DNA of 64,000 nt from an uncultured cyanobacterium (GTDB lineage: Bacteria > Cyanobacteriota > Cyanobacteriia > Cyanobacteriales > Nostocaceae): positions 320,001 through 384,000 of the forward strand of contig CAVUDP010000003.1 in assembly GCA_963740315.1 (NCBI GenBank). Direction: 5' to 3'. A program made the translations under genes and the position numbers. Shown here in pieces: positions 10,387 through 19,915 of the stretch (the stretch's first letter is position 1; every line of letters begins with the position of its first letter). A model generated the notes under the pieces. The model saw nothing but the letters and a program-made list of their open reading frames with translations. It searched no databases and was not told the origin of the DNA.

Positions 10387-11544
10387 ATGTTAACAAAAGT
10401 AGTTTTTTTAATACGAGACTTGAATTATGCTGGCGCTCAAAGGCAATTAGTAACTTTAGCTAAAGGACTTGATAAACAATATTTTGATGTTACAGTCTTA
10501 TATTTTTATGCGGGTGGTCCCCTTGCCAAAGAGTTGGAAATTAATGGAATTAAAGCAATCTGCTTAGACAAGAAAGAACGTTGGGATGTGATACCTTTCT
10601 TTAAACGTTTGGTAGGATATCTTAGAGAAATAAAGCCTAAAGTTTTACATGGATACCTGGGGGAATCAAATCTGCTCTGTATTTTTTTGAAACCCTTTTT
10701 TCCTAAAACTCGGATGATTTGGGGAATACGTGAATCTGATACGGACCCAAGCCTTTATGGATGGTTGGGACGTTTGTTAAGCTATTTAGAATGTAAATTA
10801 GCTCGCTTTGCCGATCTAATCATTTCTAACTCTTATGCAGGAAAATCTTATCACCAAAAGTTGGGATTTCCCGAACAAAAGATGATAGTTATTCCTAACG
10901 GTATAAATATAGAACGTTTTGTACCATTAGCAGAAGCAGGTAAAAAAGTCAGAAAAGAGTGGGAGATTCCAGAGGATATAATTTTAATTGGTAAGGTCGG
11001 TAGATTAGACCCGATGAAAGACCATCCCACGTTTTTAAAAGCAGCTGCATTAATATGCGAAACAAGACGCGATGTACGTTTTGTATGCGTTGGAACCGGA
11101 CCTCAAATATATGCACTTCAATTGCACCAACTCGCAGATAAATTAGACATTAAAGATAAAGTAATATGGTCAAAGACAAGAGGAGATATGACCTCCGTAT
11201 TTAATTCTTTTGATATTGCTACCTCAGCTTCTGCTTATGGAGAAGGATTTGGCAATGTAATTGGAGAAGCAATGGCTTGTAGCGTACCTTGTGTAGTCAC
11301 AGATGTTGGAGATTCAAAGATGATTGTTGGGGATACAGGAATAGTTGTACCTCCTAAAAACCCTCAAGCTTTAGCTAATGCATGGTTAAAAACTTTGGAA
11401 AACAGTAAGAAAAGTTCCTTAGCGATCGCGGGGGAGTACGGTAGCAAAGTTACAAATGCTAGAGAACGTATTCAGAAAAACTTTAGCAATCAAATTCTGT
11501 ATGAAAAAACTGCAATGGTACTAAAAACAGTTATACAGGAATAA
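10387..11544 (+). CDS. Glycosyltransferase family 4 (WbnK-like)
   Basis: GAQRQL, GRLDPMKDH and EGFGNVIGEAM. Confidence 0.92.
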   Translation: MLTKVVFLIRDLNYAGAQRQLVTLAKGLDKQYFDVTVLYFYAGGPLAKELEINGIKAICLDKKERWDVIPFFKRLVGYLREIKPKVLHGYLGESNLLCIFLKPFFPKTRMIWGIRESDTDPSLYGWLGRLLSYLECKLARFADLIISNSYAGKSYHQKLGFPEQKMIVIPNGINIERFVPLAEAGKKVRKEWEIPEDIILIGKVGRLDPMKDHPTFLKAAALICETRRDVRFVCVGTGPQIYALQLHQLADKLDIKDKVIWSKTRGDMTSVFNSFDIATSASAYGEGFGNVIGEAMACSVPCVVTDVGDSKMIVGDTGIVVPPKNPQALANAWLKTLENSKKSSLAIAGEYGSKVTNARERIQKNFSNQILYEKTAMVLKTVIQE

Positions 11545-11550
11545 TTATAT

Positions 11551-12921
11551 ATGCTAGAAACGATTTATTTATGCTTGCTGGTACTAATATTATTTATAGA
11601 GTTCAAAAGGAAGAAAAATACTCCTATAGATTTTCTGACTCTTTTCAATATTGGATATATATTATGGTATCCATTTTCAGCTTTTCTTACAGCTTTGAAT
11701 AGAGAATATCTCTCAGGTCACTGGATAATAAATTTGAATTATTATACAAATAATGTACAAACTGCATTAGCAATATTCTTAGGCTATTTTCTTGTAGTTG
11801 CTGGTTTTTATTCTTCCTCTGCTCAAAAATTAGGTAAAAAAATAATTATCAAGTCCCGCAGCGATACGAGTATCTTCATATATGCCTTATCATTACTTTT
11901 ATTTGTATATATATCTATTCTGATATTTAGTGCGCCATTAGGTGGTGTGTCTAATGCAATTTCTAAAGGTTTAGAAGTTCGCTCGGGTACAGTTAATACT
12001 GGTAGTTTCGGTTTTTTTCAACGTTTTTTTTCTGGGGCTAGCTTAGCTTCATATTTATTAGCAGCTTTTGTATTTACAAAAAAGGATAGAAAAGGGAAAA
12101 TACCAAAGATAGTTGTATTCTTTACTTCAGTAATTGTAGCTGTTCTATCTTTTATGTTAAGAGCAGGAAGAACAAATGTAATTTTTTATGCTTTAGGCTT
12201 TTATCAAATCTATACAATAAAAAATAAAAAAATTCCTATTTTTACAAGCAGCTTGTGCTTGATCTTGGCTGGATTATTCTTATTTTTTGGGAAAAATGTA
12301 TTTTTTAGTTTGTCAGCACTTCCGCAAGGAATTGATGCTGTTGTAGCGACTTATCATAGGTCTGTTGAAGGAGGTTCGGCAAGTGAGGGATTAAATTTAT
12401 TTAGCCTCATGGATAGCTTCAATTATACAGTTTTTTCCTTAGATATGGCTTTACATCAAGTTTACGAATTACGATTATTTAGTGATTTATATTATGGATT
12501 TATTTCTATATTTCCCAATCGCTTACTTGGAACAGAAGAGGTAAATACAGTATTGCATTACAACAGCGTATTTTTAACAGGGGGTTCTGAAGTTAACATT
12601 CCAACTGGTTTTCTTGCTTTTGGTATATATAGTATGTCTTGGCCTGGATTAATAATAGTTTGTTTAGTTTATGGTTGGGTAGGTGGCTATTTACAATCTT
12701 TATTAGAAAAGCATTTGAATGATGTATTTTGGATGCCGTTTTTCTATCCTTTAGTTGCTCAAACATGGGTCATAGCACAGAGCGCAGACCCAGAAACATT
12801 TTTTCAAAGTAATTTTATATTATTAATTTCTAGTTGGATTCTGCTTTCATTAGGAGCAAAAATATATTTTTTAAACAGGTCTTTGAAAAATAAAAATCTT
12901 CCTACAAATATGATGCGATAG
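11551..12921 (+). CDS. wzy: O-antigen/EPS polymerase (Wzy-like)
   Basis: About 10-11 TM segments with a large loop; located among glycosyltransferases. Confidence 0.72.
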   Translation: MLETIYLCLLVLILFIEFKRKKNTPIDFLTLFNIGYILWYPFSAFLTALNREYLSGHWIINLNYYTNNVQTALAIFLGYFLVVAGFYSSSAQKLGKKIIIKSRSDTSIFIYALSLLLFVYISILIFSAPLGGVSNAISKGLEVRSGTVNTGSFGFFQRFFSGASLASYLLAAFVFTKKDRKGKIPKIVVFFTSVIVAVLSFMLRAGRTNVIFYALGFYQIYTIKNKKIPIFTSSLCLILAGLFLFFGKNVFFSLSALPQGIDAVVATYHRSVEGGSASEGLNLFSLMDSFNYTVFSLDMALHQVYELRLFSDLYYGFISIFPNRLLGTEEVNTVLHYNSVFLTGGSEVNIPTGFLAFGIYSMSWPGLIIVCLVYGWVGGYLQSLLEKHLNDVFWMPFFYPLVAQTWVIAQSADPETFFQSNFILLISSWILLSLGAKIYFLNRSLKNKNLPTNMMR

Positions 12922-13008
12922 TAATAATGACATTATGTATGATAGCTTTCGCAATAATTTTAAGTTGTGATGTCAAAACATAAAAAAACACAAATATAGG
13001 AACTAAAG

Positions 13009-14193
13009 ATGAATTCTACTAACAGTTTTGTATTAGCCTTTATGACCACCGGACTTTATACAGGTGGTGCAGAAAGAATGCTTTACAATTTACTATCTAA
13101 AATAGATAGACAGCGTTTTAAACCAGTAGTTATTTCTTTGATGGATCGGGGTAGTTGGGGTACGCGGATTGATGCTTTGGATATACCTATCTACACAATC
13201 GGGATGAAAGAAGGTAAGCCACCGACACCAGGAATAATTTCTCGTTTGATTAGTACCGTGCGCCAAATTCAACCGGACTTGATACAAGGATGGATGTATC
13301 ATGGCAATCTAGCAGCCCAATTTGTTCAAATATTTAGTGCAAGAAAAATTCCTATTTTATGGAATATTCAGCATTCAATGTATTCATTGGAATATGAAAA
13401 ACTCATGTCTAGATTAGTGATTCACTCAGGAGCAAAGTTTTCTCATTCTCCTAGCAGTATTATTTATGTTTCTGAGACTGGTAAATCTCAACATGAAAAA
13501 ATTGGTTATTGGAGCAATAACGGCTGTGTGATTCCAAATGCAACCGATAGTTCTTTATTTGCACCTTCACAGCAAGCTAAAAAAGATGTTCGTTCGGAAT
13601 TGGGTTTAACTGAAGATGATTTATTAATTGGACAGTTTGCTCGGTTTCATCCGATGAAAGACCATGCAAATTTTCTTAATGCTGCTAGATTGTTATTAGA
13701 AAATATAGCAGAAAATGTACATTTTGTTTTAGCAGGAACAGAAGTAAATAGAGATAATCAGATTTTGCTGGAATTAATCCAAAAATTAGAATTATCTCAC
13801 AAAGTCCACCTGTTAGGAGAACGCAGCGATATGCCTCGTTTAACTGCTGCTTTAGATATTATGACTGTAGCTTCTGCGTATGGAGAGGCTTTTCCTTTAG
13901 TTTTAGGAGAAGCAATGTCTTGTGCAGTACCTTGTGTAGTTACAGATGTAGGTGATTCAGGCTGGATTGTTGGTAATACAGGTAGAGTTGTACCTCCCCG
14001 AAATTCAGAAGCATTAGCTAATGCTTGGCAAGAATTAATCGAACTTGGAAAACAAGGTAGGAACATTTTAGGACAAGCAACACGAAACAGAAATACTGAG
14101 TTGTTTTCTCTGGACTCGATTGTCGCTCGCTACGAAGAAGAGTACAAAAATGTGCTGTCAAAGCAGTTACAAAAACAACCTGCATTAATCTAA
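13009..14193 (+). CDS. Glycosyltransferase family 4 (WbnK-like)
   Basis: GGAER, ARFHPMKDH and EAFPLVLGEAM; paralog of 10387..11544. Confidence 0.92.
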   Translation: MNSTNSFVLAFMTTGLYTGGAERMLYNLLSKIDRQRFKPVVISLMDRGSWGTRIDALDIPIYTIGMKEGKPPTPGIISRLISTVRQIQPDLIQGWMYHGNLAAQFVQIFSARKIPILWNIQHSMYSLEYEKLMSRLVIHSGAKFSHSPSSIIYVSETGKSQHEKIGYWSNNGCVIPNATDSSLFAPSQQAKKDVRSELGLTEDDLLIGQFARFHPMKDHANFLNAARLLLENIAENVHFVLAGTEVNRDNQILLELIQKLELSHKVHLLGERSDMPRLTAALDIMTVASAYGEAFPLVLGEAMSCAVPCVVTDVGDSGWIVGNTGRVVPPRNSEALANAWQELIELGKQGRNILGQATRNRNTELFSLDSIVARYEEEYKNVLSKQLQKQPALI

Positions 14194-14241
14194 CTGTAAG
14201 AACTTTATAAGCAATATGTGTGGCGATAAGATTCGCATTTT

Positions 14242-15420
14242 ATGAAAAATCTTTTAATCATCACCACTATCCCAGATACTCTCACAGCTTTTCTACTTCC
14301 CTTTGCGCGTCATTTCCGCGCTCGAGGTTGGCAAGTTGATGCAATGGCTTGTGGAATTTCTACTTGCGGCGAATGTTTTGAAGAATTTAACCGCATTTGG
14401 GAGGTACAATGGTCGCGCAATCCTTTAAATCCTCAAAACTTGCTCGCGGCACCCCGTCAAATCCAAGCAGCTATGCAGCAAGGGGAATACGACATAGTTC
14501 ACGTTCATACTCCAGTAGCTGCGTTTGTTACCCGTTACGCTCTGAAAAACTATAGAAAACAGGGAAAAATTAAGGTCATCTATACCGCTCACGGTTTTCA
14601 CTTCCATAGTGGTGGAAGTACTTTCAAAAATACTGCTTTTCTAGGTTTGGAAAAGCTCGCAGGCAATTGGACTGATTATTTAATTACTATTAATCGTGAG
14701 GATGAGCAAGCTGCAAACGATCGTCAGTTGATTTCTCTGGAAAAAATTCGCTATATGCCTGGAATCGGCGTAGATTTAGATTATTACAGTTATAATACTA
14801 CCTTGGAAGCTGAAGTTGAAGAAGTACGCGGGGAGTTGGGTTTAGGTGCGGATACAAAACTTTTACTATCAGTAGCTGAATTTATTCCGCGCAAGCATCC
14901 ACAAGATATTTTAAGAGCATTTGCGAGTATAAATCGTTCCGATACTTGTTTGGCTTTTGCTGGAGATGGGGATTTATTGTCAGAAATGCAGCAGTTAGCA
15001 AATCAACTAGGGATACAAGAAAATGTACGCTTCCTCGGACACCGCAATGATATTCCAACTTTGATGAGAGCGGCTTTTGCTACTATCCTTGCTTCCGAAC
15101 AAGAAGGGCTACCTCGAAGTGTTATGGAATCTTTGTCTTTAGAAACTCCCGTCATTGGTAGCGATATTCGTGGAACTAGGGATCTAGTAACATCGGAGTG
15201 TGGAATTCTTTTCCCTGTTGGAAATATAGAAAAACTCGCTCACGCAATCAAATATTTGCTTAATCATCCTCAAACTGCTTCTATGATGGGAAAACAAGGA
15301 CGAAAGCGCATGGCTAACTTCGACCTGCATCACATTATTAAGCTTCACGAAACTTTATACTTAGAAGCTTTATCCCCAAAACCCAAGCTAATTAACCAGT
15401 ATTCAACACAAAGCCCTTGA
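14242..15420 (+). CDS. Glycosyltransferase family 4 (CapM/PglA-like)
   Basis: HVHTPVA, YTAHGFHF and EGLPRSVMES. Confidence 0.92.
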   Translation: MKNLLIITTIPDTLTAFLLPFARHFRARGWQVDAMACGISTCGECFEEFNRIWEVQWSRNPLNPQNLLAAPRQIQAAMQQGEYDIVHVHTPVAAFVTRYALKNYRKQGKIKVIYTAHGFHFHSGGSTFKNTAFLGLEKLAGNWTDYLITINREDEQAANDRQLISLEKIRYMPGIGVDLDYYSYNTTLEAEVEEVRGELGLGADTKLLLSVAEFIPRKHPQDILRAFASINRSDTCLAFAGDGDLLSEMQQLANQLGIQENVRFLGHRNDIPTLMRAAFATILASEQEGLPRSVMESLSLETPVIGSDIRGTRDLVTSECGILFPVGNIEKLAHAIKYLLNHPQTASMMGKQGRKRMANFDLHHIIKLHETLYLEALSPKPKLINQYSTQSP

Positions 15421-15760
15421 TAATAAATCTGACGAGAGAAAATTACTGCCAAATTGGCAACAAAATTTAATTAATTTTGGTTATGTTTATTATGGATTGA
15501 AGATTTAAAATTCAATCAAAATTACGCTATCGTTCATTTTTAGTAGCAAAATCAAAGTAAAAAAGAATACTTAACTTAAATGGAAAGCCAATAGGATTAA
15601 GTTGCTTTCCTTAGTTTTAAGTACTTGTTATCTTTGAAAACTGCCCAATATTTAGTGAAGTAGAAATATATATTTACATGACTGTTTAATGTTTAGGAAT
15701 GAACATTTCACAGTTAATTTCTGCAAATTTTTTTTAATTAGAAAAATGAGGGATGTATCA

Positions 15761-16432
15761 ATGATTGCTCAAGAGTTACAGGGTGAGCGTAGTAAAAATA
15801 GTCGCCTCATCAAATCTTTATTAGATAGAGTTTTTGCCGCGATCGCCCTATTAATGTTTTCTCCTCTGATATTAATAGTGGCGATCGCAATTTATTTTCG
15901 TATGGGTAGTCCGTTGATTTTCAGTCAGCCTCGTCCCGGTAAGGATGGAAAGATTTTTCTATTCTACAAGTTTCGTACCATGACGGACGAGCGCGATGCA
16001 GAGGGTAATTTATTAGATGACGAACAGCGTCTGACGGCTTTTGGTGAATTTCTACGAGAAAGCAGTTTAGATGAAATTCCACAGTTGTGGAACATCCTTA
16101 GAGGAGATATGAGTATGGTGGGTCCGCGTCCTTTATTAGTAAGATATTTGGAACGGTACAGCCCTCAACAAGCGCGTCGTCATGAAGTCAAACCGGGTAT
16201 CACGGGATTAGCGCAAGTAAAAGGTCGCAATGCAATTACCTGGGAAGAAAAATTTCAACTGGACGTTTGGTATATCGATAATTGGAGTTTATGGCTTGAC
16301 CTGAAAATTCTTGTGATGACATTTGTTAAAGTGTTGCGAAAAGAGGGTATCGATGAAGAAGGACAGGTTTCATCGTCAGAATTCATAGGAAAAATTCAAC
16401 AGAAACAAAAGGTTATGGAGCAAATCAGATGA
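15761..16432 (+). CDS. Initiating undecaprenyl-phosphate phosphoglycosyl transferase (PglC-like sugar transferase)
   Basis: KFRTM, SLDEIPQLWN, SMVGPRP, KPGITGLAQV; start tentatively moved to ATG 15761. Confidence 0.93.
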   Translation: MIAQELQGERSKNSRLIKSLLDRVFAAIALLMFSPLILIVAIAIYFRMGSPLIFSQPRPGKDGKIFLFYKFRTMTDERDAEGNLLDDEQRLTAFGEFLRESSLDEIPQLWNILRGDMSMVGPRPLLVRYLERYSPQQARRHEVKPGITGLAQVKGRNAITWEEKFQLDVWYIDNWSLWLDLKILVMTFVKVLRKEGIDEEGQVSSSEFIGKIQQKQKVMEQIR

Positions 16433-17310
16433 ACCGGATTTTAAGCCTGCATCTAACATCTGAACAGTTAAAGCTTTTACCAACAGATGAAGATGTTGCA
16501 TTTTATGAAGAGCATGGCTGGTATATCTCAAAAAAAGTTATCCCTGAAGAACTAATTGATGAAGCTATCGAAGCTTGTTTCAGATTCTATCAAGGAGAAA
16601 AAGATGCCACTCTTCCTACCGATACGGGTTATAGCAACTGGAAACCCGGTGATGGTGATGACATGCGTAACAATGAATTTACCACATTACAGCATAAGTT
16701 ACTGAGAAAGTTTGCACTCCAGCCGATTATCGGAGCCATTGCAGCTAGGCTTACCAGAAGCAAAAGCATTCGGATTTTTGAAGATCAACTCGTTTACAAA
16801 GCACCTCACTCGGATAATGAGAAAGGGGTAGTTGGTTGGCATACCGATCGCGCTTACTGTTCTAATTCTACTTCGTCCAAGTTACTTGCAGCCTGGATAC
16901 CTTTTCATGATTCCGATGCAGATAGAGCGCCGTTAGTCGTTATAGATGGTAGTAACAATTGGTCTGGTAACGACCATTTACGATGCTTCAACCAGCCAAA
17001 TCTTCAAGAGACAGCAAAGAAATTTACTCGACAAGGGCGAGAAATCATCGAAGTGCCCATGATAATGAAGAAAGGTCAAATGAGTTTTCATAACACTTGG
17101 ACGATTCATGGAAGTTATCCCAATCGTAGCGATGATTACCGCCTAGCAATGGCTGTACATATGCAGGATTTGGAAAATCGTTATCAGCCTTTTTGGAATG
17201 CCCAAGGAAAACAGATTCATCACTATCTAGATAGCCTGTGCCGAAAATTACCAAATGGTAATCCAGATTATAGCGACCCGGCAATATTTTCAACAATATG
17301 GTCTGAATAA
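16429..17310 (+). CDS. Phytanoyl-CoA dioxygenase (PhyH) family 2OG-Fe(II) oxygenase
   Basis: FYEEHGW, HxD motif (WHTD), distal His (TIHGSYPNRS) and following Arg; ATGA overlap with the upstream gene. Confidence 0.85.
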   Translation: MNRILSLHLTSEQLKLLPTDEDVAFYEEHGWYISKKVIPEELIDEAIEACFRFYQGEKDATLPTDTGYSNWKPGDGDDMRNNEFTTLQHKLLRKFALQPIIGAIAARLTRSKSIRIFEDQLVYKAPHSDNEKGVVGWHTDRAYCSNSTSSKLLAAWIPFHDSDADRAPLVVIDGSNNWSGNDHLRCFNQPNLQETAKKFTRQGREIIEVPMIMKKGQMSFHNTWTIHGSYPNRSDDYRLAMAVHMQDLENRYQPFWNAQGKQIHHYLDSLCRKLPNGNPDYSDPAIFSTIWSE

Positions 17311-17429
17311 AAAATTACTTTCCGCTTGAGCTAAAAGGGAACGCAAACGATAGAAAGTGAAGGTAATTCCTATTTATATTTCCCGTTCCCTATTCCCTTT
17401 TTATAAAAAAATCACCTTGAGTAATAACA

Positions 17430-18521
17430 ATGAATACCCAAATAATCGATTTATCTAATCCCTTATGGACGGAAACTTTAAATCAAGTTAAACACGATGT
17501 TTATCAATTACCGAATTATATATCTTTAGAAGCTAGTCGGAATAAACAAATACCGGAAGCCATTTTAATTAGCGACGGAGATAAGATATTCTTTGCACCT
17601 TATCTAATATCAAGGTGCGATAATGTAGTTGATTCGGGATTAGTTTCGGAAGAAATATTTGATGTTAAATCTCCCTACGGTTATCCGGGAATTTTAATCA
17701 GTGAAGCAGCAGCAAATACACCCGGTTTCCCCGATGCAGCAATGGCTGAATTTAAACGGATATTAGCTAGTAAAGGAGTGTGTTCGGCGTTTTTTAGAAT
17801 GCATCCCATACTCAATGAAAACTTTAACGAGATTTTTGAGCCAGGATTATTTACGGAAAATGGAGAAACTGTTTCCGTCGATTTAAGAATTCCGGAATCT
17901 CAATTATGGTCGCATACAAGAAAAGGACATAAAAGTACAATCAATAAGTGCAAACGTTTGGGAATGGAAGCAAAATTCGTTCCTATTGACGAATATTTAG
18001 ATGAGTTTACTGCTATCTATCAAGAAACAATGGGAAGGGTAGAAGCAGCAGATAGATATTATTCCTTTGATTTTACATACTACGAAGAGATGCGAACAGC
18101 TTTAGGTGATAAACTGCATCTTTGTATTGTTGAATATGAAAACGAAGTAGCTTGTGCAGGATTATACACGGAAGTCTGCGGTATAGTGCAAAGCACATTA
18201 GGTGGAACCAAAGATAAATTCGTCGATCTATCTCCAAGCAGTTTAGAAACAGATTGCGCTCGATATTGGGCGCATCAACGCGGAAATCAATTCCTGCATT
18301 TGGGTGGGGGAGTTGGTGGCTCAAAAGACCCAGTTTATAACTTTAAAGCCGGGTTTTCCAAGTTGAGACATAGCTTTTATACCCTTAGACTGATAGTCGA
18401 TGAGCAGAAATATCGCTATCTTGTGGAAATGAAAGCAAAATCATTAAATGTTTCTGTAGAAGACTTGCTTAACTCTAGGTTTTTCCCTGCATATCGCTCT
18501 CCCCAAGCACCATTAAAATGA
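17430..18521 (+). CDS. FemAB-like / GNAT-fold acyltransferase
   Basis: SPYGYPG, FFRMHP, LHLGGG and YNFKAGFS motifs. Confidence 0.8.
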   Translation: MNTQIIDLSNPLWTETLNQVKHDVYQLPNYISLEASRNKQIPEAILISDGDKIFFAPYLISRCDNVVDSGLVSEEIFDVKSPYGYPGILISEAAANTPGFPDAAMAEFKRILASKGVCSAFFRMHPILNENFNEIFEPGLFTENGETVSVDLRIPESQLWSHTRKGHKSTINKCKRLGMEAKFVPIDEYLDEFTAIYQETMGRVEAADRYYSFDFTYYEEMRTALGDKLHLCIVEYENEVACAGLYTEVCGIVQSTLGGTKDKFVDLSPSSLETDCARYWAHQRGNQFLHLGGGVGGSKDPVYNFKAGFSKLRHSFYTLRLIVDEQKYRYLVEMKAKSLNVSVEDLLNSRFFPAYRSPQAPLK

Positions 18522-19681
18522 CAAAACAAATTCTACTTTCCACGCCCCATATGGGGGAGCAAGAATTAAAATTCGTCCAAGAAGCTTTTGACACTAATTG
18601 GATAGCGCCTGTAGGACCTCATATAAATGCCTTTGAAGAAGAATTTTGCCAGCTGACTGGTGCGGGTTATGCAGCGGCTGTAACTTCTGGTACTGCTGCG
18701 ATTCATTTGGCTTTGCGATTGCTCAACGTCGAACGAGGAGACGAAATCTTTTGTTCGACTTTAACTTTTATCGCTAGCGCCAATCCCATTATCTATCAAG
18801 GTGCGAAGCCAGTTTTCATTGATAGCGATCGCACTTCTTGGAACATGAATCCCGATCTATTACAGGAAGCGCTACAAAAGCGTGCCAACATCGGTAAACT
18901 ACCCAAAGCAGTAATGTTGGTGCATCTTTACGGACAATGTGCCGATATCGATCCGATTGTGAAAATTTGCCAAAAGTATAATGTCCCTTTAATAGAAGAT
19001 GCTGCTGAAGCCTTGGGAGCGAGTTATAAAGGGCGTTGTCCGGGGACATTTGGAACCATCGGAATTTACTCATTTAATGGTAATAAAATTATCACAACTT
19101 CCGGTGGTGGAATGTTAGTTTCGGATGACAAAGAACTAGTTGAAAAAGCGCGTTTTTTAGCTACTCAAGCGAGAGATCCGGCTCCTCATTATCAGCATTC
19201 GGAGATTGGTTACAATTACCGACTAAGTAACATTTTAGCTGGCGTTGGTAGAGGTCAGCTACAGGTTTTGAGCGAGCGAGTTGAAGCCCGAAGACGTAAC
19301 TTTGAAATTTACGAAAAAGCTTTAGGTCATCTTCCCGGAATTGAATTTATGCCGGAAGCTGATTTTGGACGTGCTACTCGCTGGCTAACTTGCTTAACAA
19401 TCGATCCGCAAGCTTTTGGTGCGGATAGAGAAGAACTACGTCTTAAGTTAGCAGAAAGGAAAATAGAATCTCGTCCTGTATGGAAACCATTGCATATGCA
19501 GCCAGTATTTACAGGATGCGAAAGTATTGGCGGTGCGATCGCAGAAGACTTATTTGCACGGGGATTGTGCTTACCTTCTGGATCTAACCTTACAGACGAA
19601 GACTTAGAGCGGGTGATTGAAGGCATCAGGGCAGTTCATCACGGGAAAAAAACTAGTGCCAGCAGCTTATTTGTGGTATAA
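18518..19681 (+). CDS. DegT/DnrJ/EryC1/StrS sugar aminotransferase (PglE-like)
   Basis: SGTAAIHL, EDAAEALG, SFNGNKIITTSGGG (PLP lysine), ESRPVWKPLH. Confidence 0.95.
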   Translation: MTKQILLSTPHMGEQELKFVQEAFDTNWIAPVGPHINAFEEEFCQLTGAGYAAAVTSGTAAIHLALRLLNVERGDEIFCSTLTFIASANPIIYQGAKPVFIDSDRTSWNMNPDLLQEALQKRANIGKLPKAVMLVHLYGQCADIDPIVKICQKYNVPLIEDAAEALGASYKGRCPGTFGTIGIYSFNGNKIITTSGGGMLVSDDKELVEKARFLATQARDPAPHYQHSEIGYNYRLSNILAGVGRGQLQVLSERVEARRRNFEIYEKALGHLPGIEFMPEADFGRATRWLTCLTIDPQAFGADREELRLKLAERKIESRPVWKPLHMQPVFTGCESIGGAIAEDLFARGLCLPSGSNLTDEDLERVIEGIRAVHHGKKTSASSLFVV

Positions 19682-19915
19682 GAGCAAATTTACCTAAGAA
19701 GCCACATATCATATATCATATTTCTATAGCCAAAAAATAATACTTTTTTGATTCAATGCATCTAAGTTCAAATATATTTAAAATCATTTGCAGTTAATAC
19801 GTATGGGATCTATTCTCCCGCTGCTCCACCTATATCAAAACCAAAACAATCAACTTAGATGCGCTCTAGCCGATCGCACGTTAAAAGCTAAAAAGTAAAG
19901 TAAAAAAATATATTT

